NCBI RefSeq assembly: GCF_020745735.1
Contig: NC_083435.1
Span: 4,503,905-4,567,904 of the forward strand
Source of the DNA: Hemiscyllium ocellatum
Taxonomy: Eukaryota
Reading direction: 5' to 3'
DNA length: 64,000 bases
Shown here: positions 49,208-61,050 of the stretch, piece by piece
Position numbering within the stretch: the first letter of the stretch is position 1
Layout of the letters: every line of letters begins with the position of its first letter
The notes under the pieces: generated by a model
Database searches by the model: none
What the model saw: the letters and a program-made list of their open reading frames with translations, nothing else
What the model was told of the DNA's origin: nothing
Position numbers and translations under genes: made by a program

Positions 49208-50037
49208 TAAAAACCAAAACAACTGCGGAAGGTGGAAGTCAAATCTTGATGGAAAAGCTCAGCAATTCAGGCAGTGTCTGTGGAAACAAGGGTTACCGTT
49301 TCGGGTTCAATGACCCTTGGGAGATCAAATTAATACATTTATGTTATTTAAGTGAGGCGCTCTGTGGAGAGCGCAGACCAATTTCCATAGAAATCTTGGA
49401 AGTTTTTCTTCGGGTGGAGTAAAGTTTCACAGCCAGCGATTCTGCCCTGTCCTCACCATCCTTATATATTTGAATATATTTGACGTTTTCAAGGATGTGA
49501 GGCACACTCAGCCGATCCTGACGTCCGGAGGGGAGTAGATTTCGAGTGAGAGAACAAACACAGAAACACAGGGAGTGGGACAAATCGAATGGCACAACAG
49601 CCCTAACCAGAAAATCCCGTCAGGATGTTACGTGTTTGAATGAGATCATTTCGCATTCTGACATATGTCAATGAATGCATCTTTATTGGCTAGGTCAGTG
49701 AAAACACGATAAAATCGTACCGTGATGGGAGGCTGAGTAAATTTGGTTTATGTTCCCAGGAGATTACAAGAATGAGGCAATCCCCTTGAGACACGAAAAG
49801 CTGGATAGGGGAGACATTGAGAATAACCCGACAGCATGAGCAATGTGCTGAGATTCAGAATTGACTAGCCATCATTAGAATGTTTCAGGTATCCAGCAAC
49901 TGCAGTCTTTTACCTTTATTCCCTTGTTTTTGTTTTGTCTTGGGCCTATCTAGTGACAGAGGATGCACCATCACAGATTATCCACAGGAGGTATGCTGTT
50001 TAGATAATAAGAAGGATTATTGCATGATAATAATAAT

Positions 50038-50275
50038 AAAGTTAAAATCACACAAAAGCAGGTGATAGTCCAACAGCTACTTGATGAAGAAGCAGCGCAC
50101 CGAAAGCTTGTACTTACAAATAAAGTGTGGTGCTGGAAAAGCGCAGCAGGTCAGGCAGCATCCGAGGAGCAGGAGAATCGATGTTTCGGGCATAAGCCCT
50201 TCTTCAGCACCCAGTGTTTGTGTAATTTTTAATTTTGCCCATCCCAGTACAACACCAGCTCCTCCACATCATGAT
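50038..50275. mobile_element. Nested family-B and family-A short elements with hammerhead cores
   Basis: Decayed plus core near 50081-50112; minus core CTGAAGA-A-GGGC-TTAT-GCCC-GAAACATC at 50180-50207. Confidence 0.65.
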
Positions 50276-51535
50276 AATAATATATACTTACATTCTGACA
50301 GACAAACTCAGCTAAACACAATAGACAATGCTGGATAAATTCAGAAGGTTAGCAGCATCAACCGAGACAGAGAAAAACAAGTTAATGTTTCGAGGCCTGT
50401 GACACTTCTTCAACCGAGACACAGACAAGATGAATCGCAGAATGGTTGACCGCTTTGTGGAACACCTCCATTCTGTGCAAAAACACTTAAGAGTTTGGCT
50501 CTACCCAGGACAAAGCAGTTCATTTCATTAGTACTAGATACACCTTCTCCAACCCCGACGCTCAGTAGCTGCAGTGTGTACCATCTACAAAATGCACTGC
50601 AGAAATTCACCAAAGATCCTCGGACCGCATCTTCCAAACCCATTAGGATCTCACTATAGGTGGATTGGCTGATGCGCCTAAATTAGAGACTATTGTTCAA
50701 AAGTAGCATTTTCAGACCTCTCTTGATCATCTAAAGCACAATATAAGGCAAGTGGCTTTTCGAAAAAAAAATTTTAATCTGCTTTTTCAATTAGTTGTGC
50801 CCCTTTTCAGATTATTCTCTATTTGCTACTCCATCCTGAAGGATAAGGGCAGAAGATGCATGGGAACACCCCGTGTCTACTTTTCAAAGTTCCTACCTAA
50901 TACCGTTTAAATTAGCCTTACTTCAATTTAGAACTTTAACTTTTAGACCTTTTCCATCACTATATTAAGACTGATAGAAATTAAGAATAATCCATTGAGC
51001 GACAAAGGGAAGTGGACGGTGTGCCAAGCCACTGGGTGTGACATCCGATTCTCCACAGATTCGTGAAGCAGTGATCCAACCGATCAGCACAAAGGAGGTG
51101 AACTCTTCTGGTTCCTTATCTGTTTCAAGCAGAAGGCAGATTGATTTCCCAGAGCAGAAGTTGCTGGAACTGGGGTTCTAAGGAAGGGTCACTGGACCCG
51201 AAATGCTCTCTCCACACATGCTGCCAGATCTGCTGAGCTTTTCCAGCAATTTCTGTTTTTGGTTCTGATTTACAGTATCTGCAGTTGTTTCAGTTTTGAT
51301 ATCCAAAATCATCCCTAAGTCTAGCCGCGCCACTCCTCCAATCTTCTCAGCTGTACAACATGAAGCTGATGAACCACATCTCAGAAACAAGTCTCCAAGG
51401 TAATGTGAGGACTTCCCGGATCGATGTGTGGCAAAACCTCTTTTGGCTAGTGATCTGACCATTCCCTGTGTTGGTGCCTAGGTCATTGATGGTGACGGTG
51501 GTGCCCAACGCAAAATCGGCTGGTTTATTCAGATT

Positions 51536-52203
51536 TGTGGGATATAGGTAAAGTAGTGTTACTTCTGCAATCATAATTACTAATGTAAGGTAAATAACCT
51601 CACACCAGTGTATAATTGTTTCAACCAAGAGCTGAGTCAACAAGAATGAAAACTCTGTGAAGAAAATATATAATTGTTTTTGTATTTGCTAAAATGAGCA
51701 TACAAGAATGAAACGTGCCTGCAAACAATGGTAGATGCTACAGACAAATAAATAAGGTGCTGTGAGGATGTAGGTTAAGCCAGATATGCTTGTACAAGCA
51801 GTAGTTACAAGCATCTGTTTCCCACTTCTGCAAAAACAAAAACCAAACCCCAATTAAAAGTCATAAGGATCAATATGGTTGGGGAAAAGGAGGAAATGTC
51901 ACAAGTGGGGGAAATAGATAGCAGTGAAGGAGGATATACCTAACAATGGATCACAGCAGGATGTGGTGAAATGGCCAAGTAAAACTTGTACTTTGTTATG
52001 CACAAGGCCGGATAAGGCAAGAGATAAACAATAGTAATGGTCACCGGGTTGGGAGTAGTGAATCCTATGTAAGATATGTACTTGCTAAACTCTGTGTGCC
52101 CCATTCCAGGCACCACGCTTGCAAGCGTATAATAAACATACTGATTGCTTCAGATCTTGTCTCGGACTGAAATTATTGAAGTGAGTGAGCTTCGTTTCTC
52201 ACA
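51536..52203 (+). mobile_element. Solo LTR related to the ERV above, with 4-bp TSD GATT
   Basis: Starts TGTGGGATATAGGTAAA and ends ..GTTTCTCACA, matching both ends of the 45640-46378 LTR; GATT at 51532-51535 and 52204-52207. Confidence 0.9.
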
Positions 52204-52652
52204 GATTCATCAGAGAAAGAAAGACTCGCGTTGATATAATGCTTTTCACATTCACCAGGCGTCCCAGTCAATAAAGTACATTTGAAGTGTAGGCCCTAAG
52301 GGAACGTAGGAACTGCAGCAGTCAATTTGGTCACATCACGAAGCTCACTTACACACACACACACACACACACACTAGTACCGTAATCACAGAATCCCTGC
52401 AATGGCGAAAGAGGCCATTTCGCTGACCGAATCCACACCGTCCCTCCGTAGACCATCGCACTCTGTAAACCTGCATATCCCAAGGCTAATTCACCCTAAC
52501 TTGCACATCTTTGGACTATGGGAGGAGACTAGAAGAAACCCACACAGACTCGGGGACAATATTCAAAATTCACACAAACAGACAGTCGCCGGAAGGTGGG
52601 ATCGAACCTGGGTCTCTCACTTTGTGAGCCACCGTGCCATCCAATGATTATA

Positions 52653-52654
<2 letters not shown>

Positions 52655-52691
<37 letters not shown>
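52655..52691. repeat. (TG)n microsatellite; a (CA)n run lies at 52351-52374 with an HE1 fragment between them
   Basis: Direct inspection. Confidence 0.85.
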
Positions 52692-52693
<2 letters not shown>

Positions 52694-53063
52694 TCTTGAT
52701 CTAGGGATATAACAGTGGCCAAGACACTGGGGACAACGTCCCTGTTCATTTTAAAACGATACAATTGGAGATTGTACCTGACTAGCCAGCTGGGTCCTCC
52801 ATCTGGACCTCCGCCTGGAGTCTGCTGAATCAACCCTCCTTTGCTAATTACCCCCTTCCCCCAGTGACGGGGGGAGGTAACGCCCGGTGGTTTTCAAAAG
52901 CTGTACACCTATTGCAAGAAACCTCTGGCATTCCCTTCAAAGCGGAGACTTTGTGGCTGTATAATTAGAATTAGCTTTGCTGAGCCACGAATGCAGTGAA
53001 AAGTTTACAACTTCACTGTGACAACTAAGGTACCAAGGGGACAAAAGTTCTTAAGTACAGATT

Positions 53064-53580
53064 CATTTAAGAGGCATCTGGATGGGTATATGAATAGGAA
53101 GGGTTTGGAGGGATATAGGCCGGGTGCTGGCTGGTGGGACTAGATTGGGTTGGGATATCTGGTCGGGGTGGACAGGTTGGACCGAAGGGTCTGTTTCCAT
53201 GCTGTACATCTCTATGACTCTTGGGGTCTCTATGACTCAGCACCCGGCCCATATCCCTCCAAACCCTTCCTATTCATTAACCCATCCAGATGCCTCTTAA
53301 ATGTTGCAATTGTACCAGCGTCCACCACATCCTCTGGCAGCTCATTCCATACACGTACCACCCTCTGGGTGAAAAAGTTGCCCCTGAGGTCTCTTTTATA
53401 CCTTTCCCCTCTCACCCTAAACCTATGACCCTCTGGTTCTGGACTCCCCCACCCCAGGGAAAATACTTTGTCTGTTTACCCTATCCTTCGGGTCCCTTTG
53501 CCCGAAACGTCGTCTCTCCTGCCCCTCGGATGCTGTCCTGACCTGCTGTGCTTTTCTAGCACCACTCTCTAATCTTGACC
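53064..53580. mobile_element. Inverted pair of CR1 3' tails plus a fused family-A fragment
   Basis: 53064-53220 plus tail, 53229-53487 minus tail, then ccctttgcccgaaacgtcg... Confidence 0.8.
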
Positions 53581-53788
53581 CTTGGGGTGGGGAGGGGAAA
53601 GCTCAGAAAAATAAAGAAATAACAAGTGCGGCGCAACAGATTATAGAAATAAATTAGAGGAAAAAAATGCAGAAGTAAAAAAAAGTTCAGAGTACCAGTC
53701 GTTCCCAACTCAGCCTCGGGGTTCCCGGGGCCGGGAGACGGCTCTGGGATCAGCCCCGGGCCGACTCCACGCCGGTCCCCGGCCTCCC

Positions 53789-54385
53789 TCACTTGGCTTT
53801 CGGACAGTGAGGGCGCTTCAGGGCGCTTCTGCCCAATGTCCTGCGCAGGGATTTCTTGATCTCCAGGAGGTGGCCTCGCAGCCGGATCCTCCACCCCGGT
53901 TTGCCCGCCTCCTCCTCCGCCACTTCCTCCACCTCCTCCGGGCCGGGGGCTGCAGTCTGTCCCGCGGGGCCGCTCTCACCGTCTGTGGGGGCTGCCGGCT
54001 CGGCCGCCCCTGGCTCGCCCGGCCCCGCCTCACCCCCTCCGGCTCCCTCCGTCGCTGCCGCCCGCTCGCCCGGGGGGCTCTCGCCGTCGGCCCTCGGCGC
54101 CGCGCGGAAGTCGTCGGGGTACTCGATCTTGGCGAAGCCCACCGAGGAAATGTGCTCCCAGGCGCCTTCCGCGCTGCCCTTGCCGGTCTCGCTGCCGAAG
54201 TTGCTCTCGGCCCGGCGGCCGGCGCTGTCCCTCAGGTTGGTCAGGAGCAGTCGCTCCACCTCCTCCAGGTACATCTGCTGGTACTCCCACCAGTAGTAGG
54301 GCCTCCCGCAGCAGCGAGAGACGTGGCAGCAGCTGATGCCAACTGCGATGGAGACCAGGGTCAGTAGCAGGGCCAACCCGATGAC
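53789..54385 (-). CDS. CALHM-family channel, coding exon 2
   Basis: Acceptor ..cccccaccccag|GTC; VIGLALLLTLV (TM4), YWWEYQQMYLEEVERL..RRAESNF..WEHISS resembles the CALHM C-terminal helix region; phase 0 join to exon 1. Confidence 0.8.
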   Translation of the reverse strand, partial: VIGLALLLTLVSIAVGISCCHVSRCCGRPYYWWEYQQMYLEEVERLLLTNLRDSAGRRAESNFGSETGKGSAEGAWEHISSVGFAKIEYPDDFRAAPRADGESPPGERAAATEGAGGGEAGPGEPGAAEPAAPTDGESGPAGQTAAPGPEEVEEVAEEEAGKPGWRIRLRGHLLEIKKSLRRTLGRSALKRPHCPKAK

Positions 54386-54449
54386 CTGGGGTGGGGGAGA
54401 TAAAGAGCAGGCAGGAGGTCAGTCAGACAATGTGCAAAAGGGAAGTTCC

Positions 54450-54915
54450 TGAGTCATAGAGATGTACAGCATGGAAACAGACCCTTCGGCCCAACCCGTC
54501 CATGCTGACCAGATATTCCAACCCAATCCAGTCCCACCTGCCAGCACCCAGCCCATATCCCTCCAAACCCTCCCTATCCATATACCCATCCAAATGCCTC
54601 TTAAATGTTGTCATTGTACCAGCCTCCATCACTTCCTCTGCCAGCTCATTCCATCTACACACCACCCTCTGGGTGAAAATATTGCCCCTTCGGTCCCTTT
54701 TATATCTTTCCCCTCTCACCCTAAACCTATAACCCTCTAATTTTGGACTCCCCCACCCCAGGGAAAATACTTTGTCTGTTTACCCTATCCTTCCGCCCCC
54801 TTTGCCCGAAACGTCGTCTCCCCTGCCCCTCGGATGCTGCCTGACCTGCTGTGCTTTTCTAGCACCACTCTCTAATCTTGACTCTAATCCCCAGCATCTG
54901 CAGCACCCACCTCTG
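54450..54915 (-). mobile_element. CR1 3' tail fused to a family-A fragment (intronic duplicate of 53241-53580)
   Basis: Same chimeric junction aaatactttgtctgtttaccctatccttc..ccctttgcccgaaacgtcgtctc. Confidence 0.82.
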
Positions 54916-55895
54916 CCCAGTATGCAAGGGAACTTCACTGTAGTGTATCACGGTGAGACCAGCTCCCTTGCTGGAAGCATTGAAACAACAACGGGACTGG
55001 AGGGCGAGACTGGACAAAGAGATGGTCTTTTCTCGTGTTCACGTTTTCCGTCCCCTGACTGCTACAATATTCCACAGAAGCGCAACACAGGCTCGAGGGA
55101 TTACACCTCACGTCCCACAAAGGCACTTCGCAGGCTCAACACTCAGAAACTGATCACTGTCATGTTGGTTCCCCATTTTTCTTGCCTTCTCATCACCGTC
55201 CCCCGTCTTATGGTACCCTGTTTATTTTTGCTTTCAGTAAACAGGACCCATTCTTCCCCCTCTCACGTTTTTGACTCGTTTTTTTTTTAACTTACTCCGC
55301 CATCAACAACTTTCTGGCAAATGTTAAAAAAAAAGAGAAAATATTTTCCAACCCTTTTCATTTCAGAGGGACAGCCATAAAGGACTCGATATGTTAACTC
55401 TTGTTTATCTCTGCACTGCCAGACCTGCAGAGTTTCACCAGCACTTCCGTGCGTTTGTTTCAGACATTATTGGAATTAATATACAATGTTATATATTATG
55501 CCTCTAGCAGCAATAGTTGCTGAATAGTTGATACATTCTGAGGTTAATTAATTTCTGGGCCATTAAGACGGATATGACAGAAATAAGACTTCCTATTCGT
55601 GCTTTAGGTCAGAAAACGTAGGGACAGAGTTAGGGGAGGTAATGGCTCAGTGATATTACCACTGGACTGTTCATCCAGAGACCCAGGTAATGTTCTGGGG
55701 AATCCCACTAGGCAGGTGGTGAAATTGGAGGCACGAGAGAGACTGGGATTGGGTAGGGGTTGGGGGGGGTGGTGGGGTGGTGGTGGTGGGTGGGAGAAGG
55801 TAAGGCTGCAAAAGGGATAGCAGAGCTTTATTGGGGTGGGAATGGCCTTGCATCCAAGGGACCCGGCGCCCTCCCAGCCCTGTCACCCAACTCAC

Positions 55896-56390
55896 CCGAG
55901 ACTCGAAGTGCAGGACACGGACGAGCTCGGAATCTTCCCCGGGCTTCGAGCTGGAGCTGGGGCCGTGCAGCCGGAGGAAGTACTGCACGCAGGTGTAGCA
56001 GTCCCCGTCCAGCAGCACCACGATGATCCACACCCAGGCGTGGTAGAAGACCCGCAGCGAGGTGACCAGCCTCCAGGAGCCCGGCGCACGGCCACCAGGA
56101 GGCGGCTGCGCTGAGCTCCCAGCTCCCTTGGCCGCCGGCCCCCTGCAGCCCAACAGGCACTCGCGGTGCAGGAAGACGCCGAGCAGGGTGAGCACCAGGG
56201 CGGGCACCAGCAGGAAAGAGACGCCGTAGACCTCATTGTAGCCGGCCAGCCAGGGGCACTGGAAGCCGAGCTCGGCCATCTCCTGCAAGCCCCAGAAGAC
56301 TGTGGCCAGCACCAGGGAGCCTAGCACCTTGAAGGCCGGTTTGCCCAGCAGCTTGTCCTGCTCAGAGATCTGCAGCAGCTGGAAGGTCAT
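55896..56390 (-). CDS. CALHM-family (calcium homeostasis modulator/FAM26-like) channel, coding exon 1; spliced product 363 aa
   Basis: FQCP..YNEVYGVSFLLVPALVL, WVWIIVVLLDGDCYTC, ..ESR|gtgagt donor. The intron position matches the CALHM SQ|VLGW junction. Confidence 0.85.
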
Positions 56391-56569
56391 CTCCCTCTGC
56401 AGCCCTGTCAACGCGGGTCTCTGTGTGAGGAAATGCTGCTTGTTTTAACGGCCCAAGTGATTGACGGCATCTCCGTTTGCTTTGCAACGCGTCCTTTCTC
56501 CTGCTCTTTGCAATCCCTGAACCCTGCTCCTTCCACTTAACTCAGATTCTGGCCAAACCCACAACTTAG

Positions 56570-57310
56570 GAGGCTGGTACAGTTACCATGTTTAAAATGC
56601 GTCTGGAGGGGGACGTGAATAGGAAGGGTTTAGAGGGGAATGGGACAAGTGCTGGCAAATGGGACTAGATTAATTTCGGATCCTTGGAAGTGGAGATGCA
56701 GGTGGACAGAATAGGGAAGAAGGTCTTTGGTATGCTCACCTTTATTGGTGAGCGCATTGAGCGTAGGAGCTGGGAGGTCATGATGCGGCTGTACAGGGCA
56801 TTGGTCCAGCCACTTTTGGAACCCTATGTGCATTCTGGTCTTCCTGCTACAGGAAGGATGGTGTGGCCAGGATTGGAGAATTTGAGCTACAGGGAGAGGC
56901 TAAATAGGCTGGGGCTGTCGAAGGCGGAGGGGTGACCTTATAGAGGTTTACAAAGTCATGAGGGTCACGAATAAGAGGAATAAACAAGATCCTTTCTCTG
57001 GGGTGGGAGAATCCAGAACTAGAGGGCACTGGTTTAGGGTAAGACAGGGAAAATACAAAAAGGATCTAAGGGGCAACGTTTTCACACAGAGGTTGGTGCA
57101 TGTATGGAATGAGCTGCCAGAGAAAGTGGTGGAGGCTGGTACAATTACAGCATTTAAAAGGCATCTGGATGGGTATATGAATATGAAGGGTTTTGAGGGA
57201 TATGGGCCAAGTGCTGGCAAATGGGACTAGATTCATTTGGGATACCTGGTCAGCATGGATGGGTTAGACGGAAGCTCCTGTTTGTGTTCTGTGCAGCTCC
57301 ATTACTTTAT
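56570..57310 (+). mobile_element. CR1 3' fragments
   Basis: MMRLYRALVQPLLE, DLRGNVFTQRLVHVWNELP. Confidence 0.82.
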
Positions 57311-60300
57311 AAACTCGCCTTGGTCACAGGAACATGAATTCTTGAGGCAGAGCACTGATCCTTGCATGGTGTCCCAGATTTAGCACAGTGCACAAAGAGA
57401 CCATTCAGCCCACCCTGCCTGTAACGGCTCTCTAAACAGATGCTTCGTGTCATCCTCCTGCCCCTCCCCGTATCCTTGACCATTAATTCCTTTTAAATAA
57501 TCACCTAATGGCCTCTTGAATGAGCCGCAGCATTGAATCTGGGCCAGGACCTGGGAAAGGTAGAAGGTGTGTGGCACTTGGAATACCAAACTGTGGAGTG
57601 GTTACAATGCGGAAAGAGGCAATTCAGCCCATCCCCTGGCTCTCTGCAAGAACAACCCATCCAGTCCAAACTGCATATCACCAACCCTCCAGCTCTCTCG
57701 CCATAGCCATCCCTACACATCTATAATATAGATAAAGGATCTGGAGGTGACCACTCTTTCCCTCCAGCCTATTCTATCAGTCAATAAGATCTGCTGCGTC
57801 CTTTTCAGGAAGTGAGTTCCAAAGACTCCAGACTCCGAGGATTTTTAAAAAAATCTTGTGGCCTGTCTTAAACTCTTGATTTTTAAACAGTGACTCGGAT
57901 TCTAAATTTTCCCACAAGAGGGAAGCATCCTTTTTCCATTCACCAGATTAAGATCCCTCACCTGCATCAAACAATTTGCCTCTTGCTCTTCCAAACTCCA
58001 AACGGTTTGATTTTCTTTTCCTTCAGATCACTATACCAATCTACTTTGGAGGAAGCCTCAGTTAAACCTGCCTTCACCTCACTCTCAGTTCATTCCAGAT
58101 GCTCATGGTTCACTGGGTAAAAAGCCTTTTTCTCCTGCTACAATTCCTTTTATTTCTTTAAATAGGTGTCTTCCAGTTTCTGATCCTTCCAGCAAAGGGA
58201 ACGAGTTTCTCTATTTTCTTAGAACTCCTTACGATTCCAGACACACTTAACGGAGCCCGCTTAATCTTCTCTTTCCCAAACAACACCTTCATCAATCAAT
58301 CCTCATAACTACAATATTTAAAAGGCATTTGGACAGGTACATGAATGGAAAACATTTAAGAGGGTTATGGCCCAAATGCAGAGAGTGGGACTGGTTTAGT
58401 TTGGGAAGCTTGGTTGATGTGGGTGAGTTGGATTGAAGCGTGTGTCTCTGCTGACTATAACTAAACAAAGACCTGGTGACACTGGATCTGAAACAAACAA
58501 AAAAAACCAGAAATTGTTGGAGAAACTCAGTGTCTGACAGCATCTGTGAAGAAATAAGAGTTAACATTTCAAACCTAGTTCTGAAAAAAAGGCCATGACC
58601 TACAACATTGGTTTACTGTCCAAAGACATTGCTCCATCTGTTGGGTACAGTATCCACAGTATTTTCTTGTCCTTTTTCAGGTTTCTCATACCTGCAGCGT
58701 TTTTCTTTAATATCCCTGAAAAGGGGATTTAGCCTGGTTGTATTTTTAAAAAGAATGCATCATTATATTAGAGGTAACTGTGAACGTAAGGTGATCGGCC
58801 TGTTTCCAGCTGGTTCCCCTCCAGTTTTCATGGATATTTTTCACAGAATCCCTACAGTAGTGAAACAGGCCATTTGGTGCATCGAGTCCACAGCAACCTT
58901 TCAAAGAACAACCCACTCAGACCAATCCCTTTTGTCTATTCCTGTAACCTTGCATTTCCCATGGCTAATCCAATTAACCTGGATATTGTGGCACAATTTA
59001 GCATGGCCAATCCACTTTTACCTACACATCTTTGAACTGTGGGAGTACCCGGAGGAAACACACGCAAACACGGAGAGAATGTGCAAACTTCACACAGTCA
59101 CCAGAGGCTGGAATCGAACCTGTCTCCCTGGTGCAACAGTGCTAACCACCAAACCACTGTTTTCAGACAGTGACAAACAGATGTCTGATAACAAAGGAAG
59201 TAAAAGGTTACAGAGAGTGAGGAATGTGAAGTTATTGGATTAGTGATGACCTTATTGAATGGCAGAGCAGGTTCCAGAGGTTAATAGCCTACTCCAGGTT
59301 TGTGTGTTTGCGTAGATTTCTAACTATTGCCCTCACTCTCTTCACAGGTTTTTCTTTTTCTTTTCATCTGAGTGACAGTATCACTGCATTAGCATTCCAA
59401 AACCCCGGTCTAATGTTCTAGGGGTTTCCATTGACACCCCACCAGGGCAAGTGGTAACATTTAAACTCAATAAAAGCTGGAATGAGAAAGCTAGTCTAAT
59501 GGTGACAATGTAATCACAGTTGATGATTGTCATGATCTGTTGGGTTCACTAGTACCCTTTCATGAAGGGAATTCTGCCATTGTCACAGCCTACATGGGAC
59601 TCCAGACTAATAGCAGTACGGTTTATCTTAGCCATCCTCTGGGCAGGAAATGTTGGTCCAGCCAGTGACCACAGTTCATGAACATAAATATTTTAAAAAG
59701 TACTTTGGTTTCACAAGTTCCACACTTTTAAACTTTATTTTCCTCTAAATTTCACATTTCACCAGCCTTCAGCTGCAAAGCTTTCAGAGAAACGGGAAAA
59801 GGGATCATCTGAACTGCTGCCTTGTACAAACACAGGCAAGTGAAAGAAAAAGTGGAAGAGAATGTAACTGAAGATAATGCCTTCAAGGTTCAGGGAAGAA
59901 CCCCCTATCTGTGTTTCGCCTTTTCAGTTCACAGCTTCATTCACCACAACACATGAACAGACTAGCAGTGGAAGGTCATGTTGACACGATATACATCAAA
60001 ACTTTTCCCCGGGTCACAGGCCAGTTACAGAAACGCCTCTCATCGCGCAACTAAAAATGGATTTCAGTTCCCAACAACAAAGCATCAGCACTCAAGTTGT
60101 AATTGTGCAGGAAGCCTCACGTGATAAATGTCAACCTTACAGGGTTGCTGCAGGATGATCAAATTAGAAGCTTGGCAAACTGCGTACTCACAGCAAACCT
60201 GATACAAAGTCACTTGCTCTGATTTTCTTTGAGCGTTTAGGGAAGTGCAAATGTTGTAATGCTGGAGTAACAATTGCCCCAATAGGCAGTGTGTAACTCA

Positions 60301-60759
60301 GTAAACCATAGTTCATAGTTGTAGGATTTCCATTCTGTCACCACATTCCCTGACAAACCCTGGATTGAAACCTCTCTCTCTGACAGGTGGATGGTGTCGA
60401 AACAACCAACATAAACTGGTTCATCTCAGGCTAGCATTTCTCAGGGTTGCACATTCCCTTCCCCGAAGGGCATTAGGGAAGCAGAAGTGTTTTGACAAAA
60501 ATCAACAGTTCACACACTGCTGTTAGGCCAGCTTTTGATTTCACATTTTGTTAAAATTTAAATTTCAGCAGCTGCCCTGGTGGGATTTGAATCCCTATCC
60601 TCAGAACAACGGTCTGGGTTTCTGGATTAATAATCTAGTGATGTTACCACTACACCACTCGTAAAGTGAGAAGCAGCCAGCTGGTTGTCGCAGGAGATTT
60701 TTTTTGGTCCTAATATCATCGATTTCTGTTTTACCTGTGCTCTTTCGTGTTACCATTTG

Positions 60760-61050
60760 TGGGCGGCACAGTGGTTAGCACTGCTACCTCACAGCGCCAG
60801 AGACCTGGGTTCAATTCCCACCTCAGGCAACTGTCTGTGTGGATTTTGCACATTCGCCCCGTGTCTGCGTGGGTTTCCTCCGGTTGCTCCAGTTTCCTCC
60901 CACAGTCCAACAATGTGCAGGTTAGGTGAATTGGCCATGGGAAATTGTCCGTAGTGTTAGGTGTAGGGGAATGGTTCTCTGTGGGTTGTTCTTCGGCGGG
61001 TCGGTGTGGACCTGTTGGGCCGAAGGGCCTGTTTCCACACTGGAAGTAAT
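60760..61050 (+). mobile_element. HE1-type SINE (others ~58850-59160 and 63465-63600 on minus)
   Basis: gggcggcacagtggttagcactgctacctcacagcgcc..gggcctgtttccacactg. Confidence 0.85.

Noticed and set aside
48465-49217. Long antisense and alternate-frame ORFs over GC-rich genes (also at 5.8-6.4, 36.4-36.9, 53.8-54.4 and 55.8-56.2 kb)
   Set aside because: Shadow ORFs of high-GC coding sequence with no recognisable domains.
51174-51215. Further hammerhead-like motifs (also ~5125, 31720, 34730, 53495, 54805)
   Set aside because: Core boxes are mutated or truncated; counted as decayed family members, not functional ribozymes.
36374-52203. Retroviral origin or transduction of the protamine-like genes, suggested by neighbouring LTRs
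   Set aside because: The genes lie outside the provirus and have histone promoters and stem-loops; the LTRs are separate, younger insertions.
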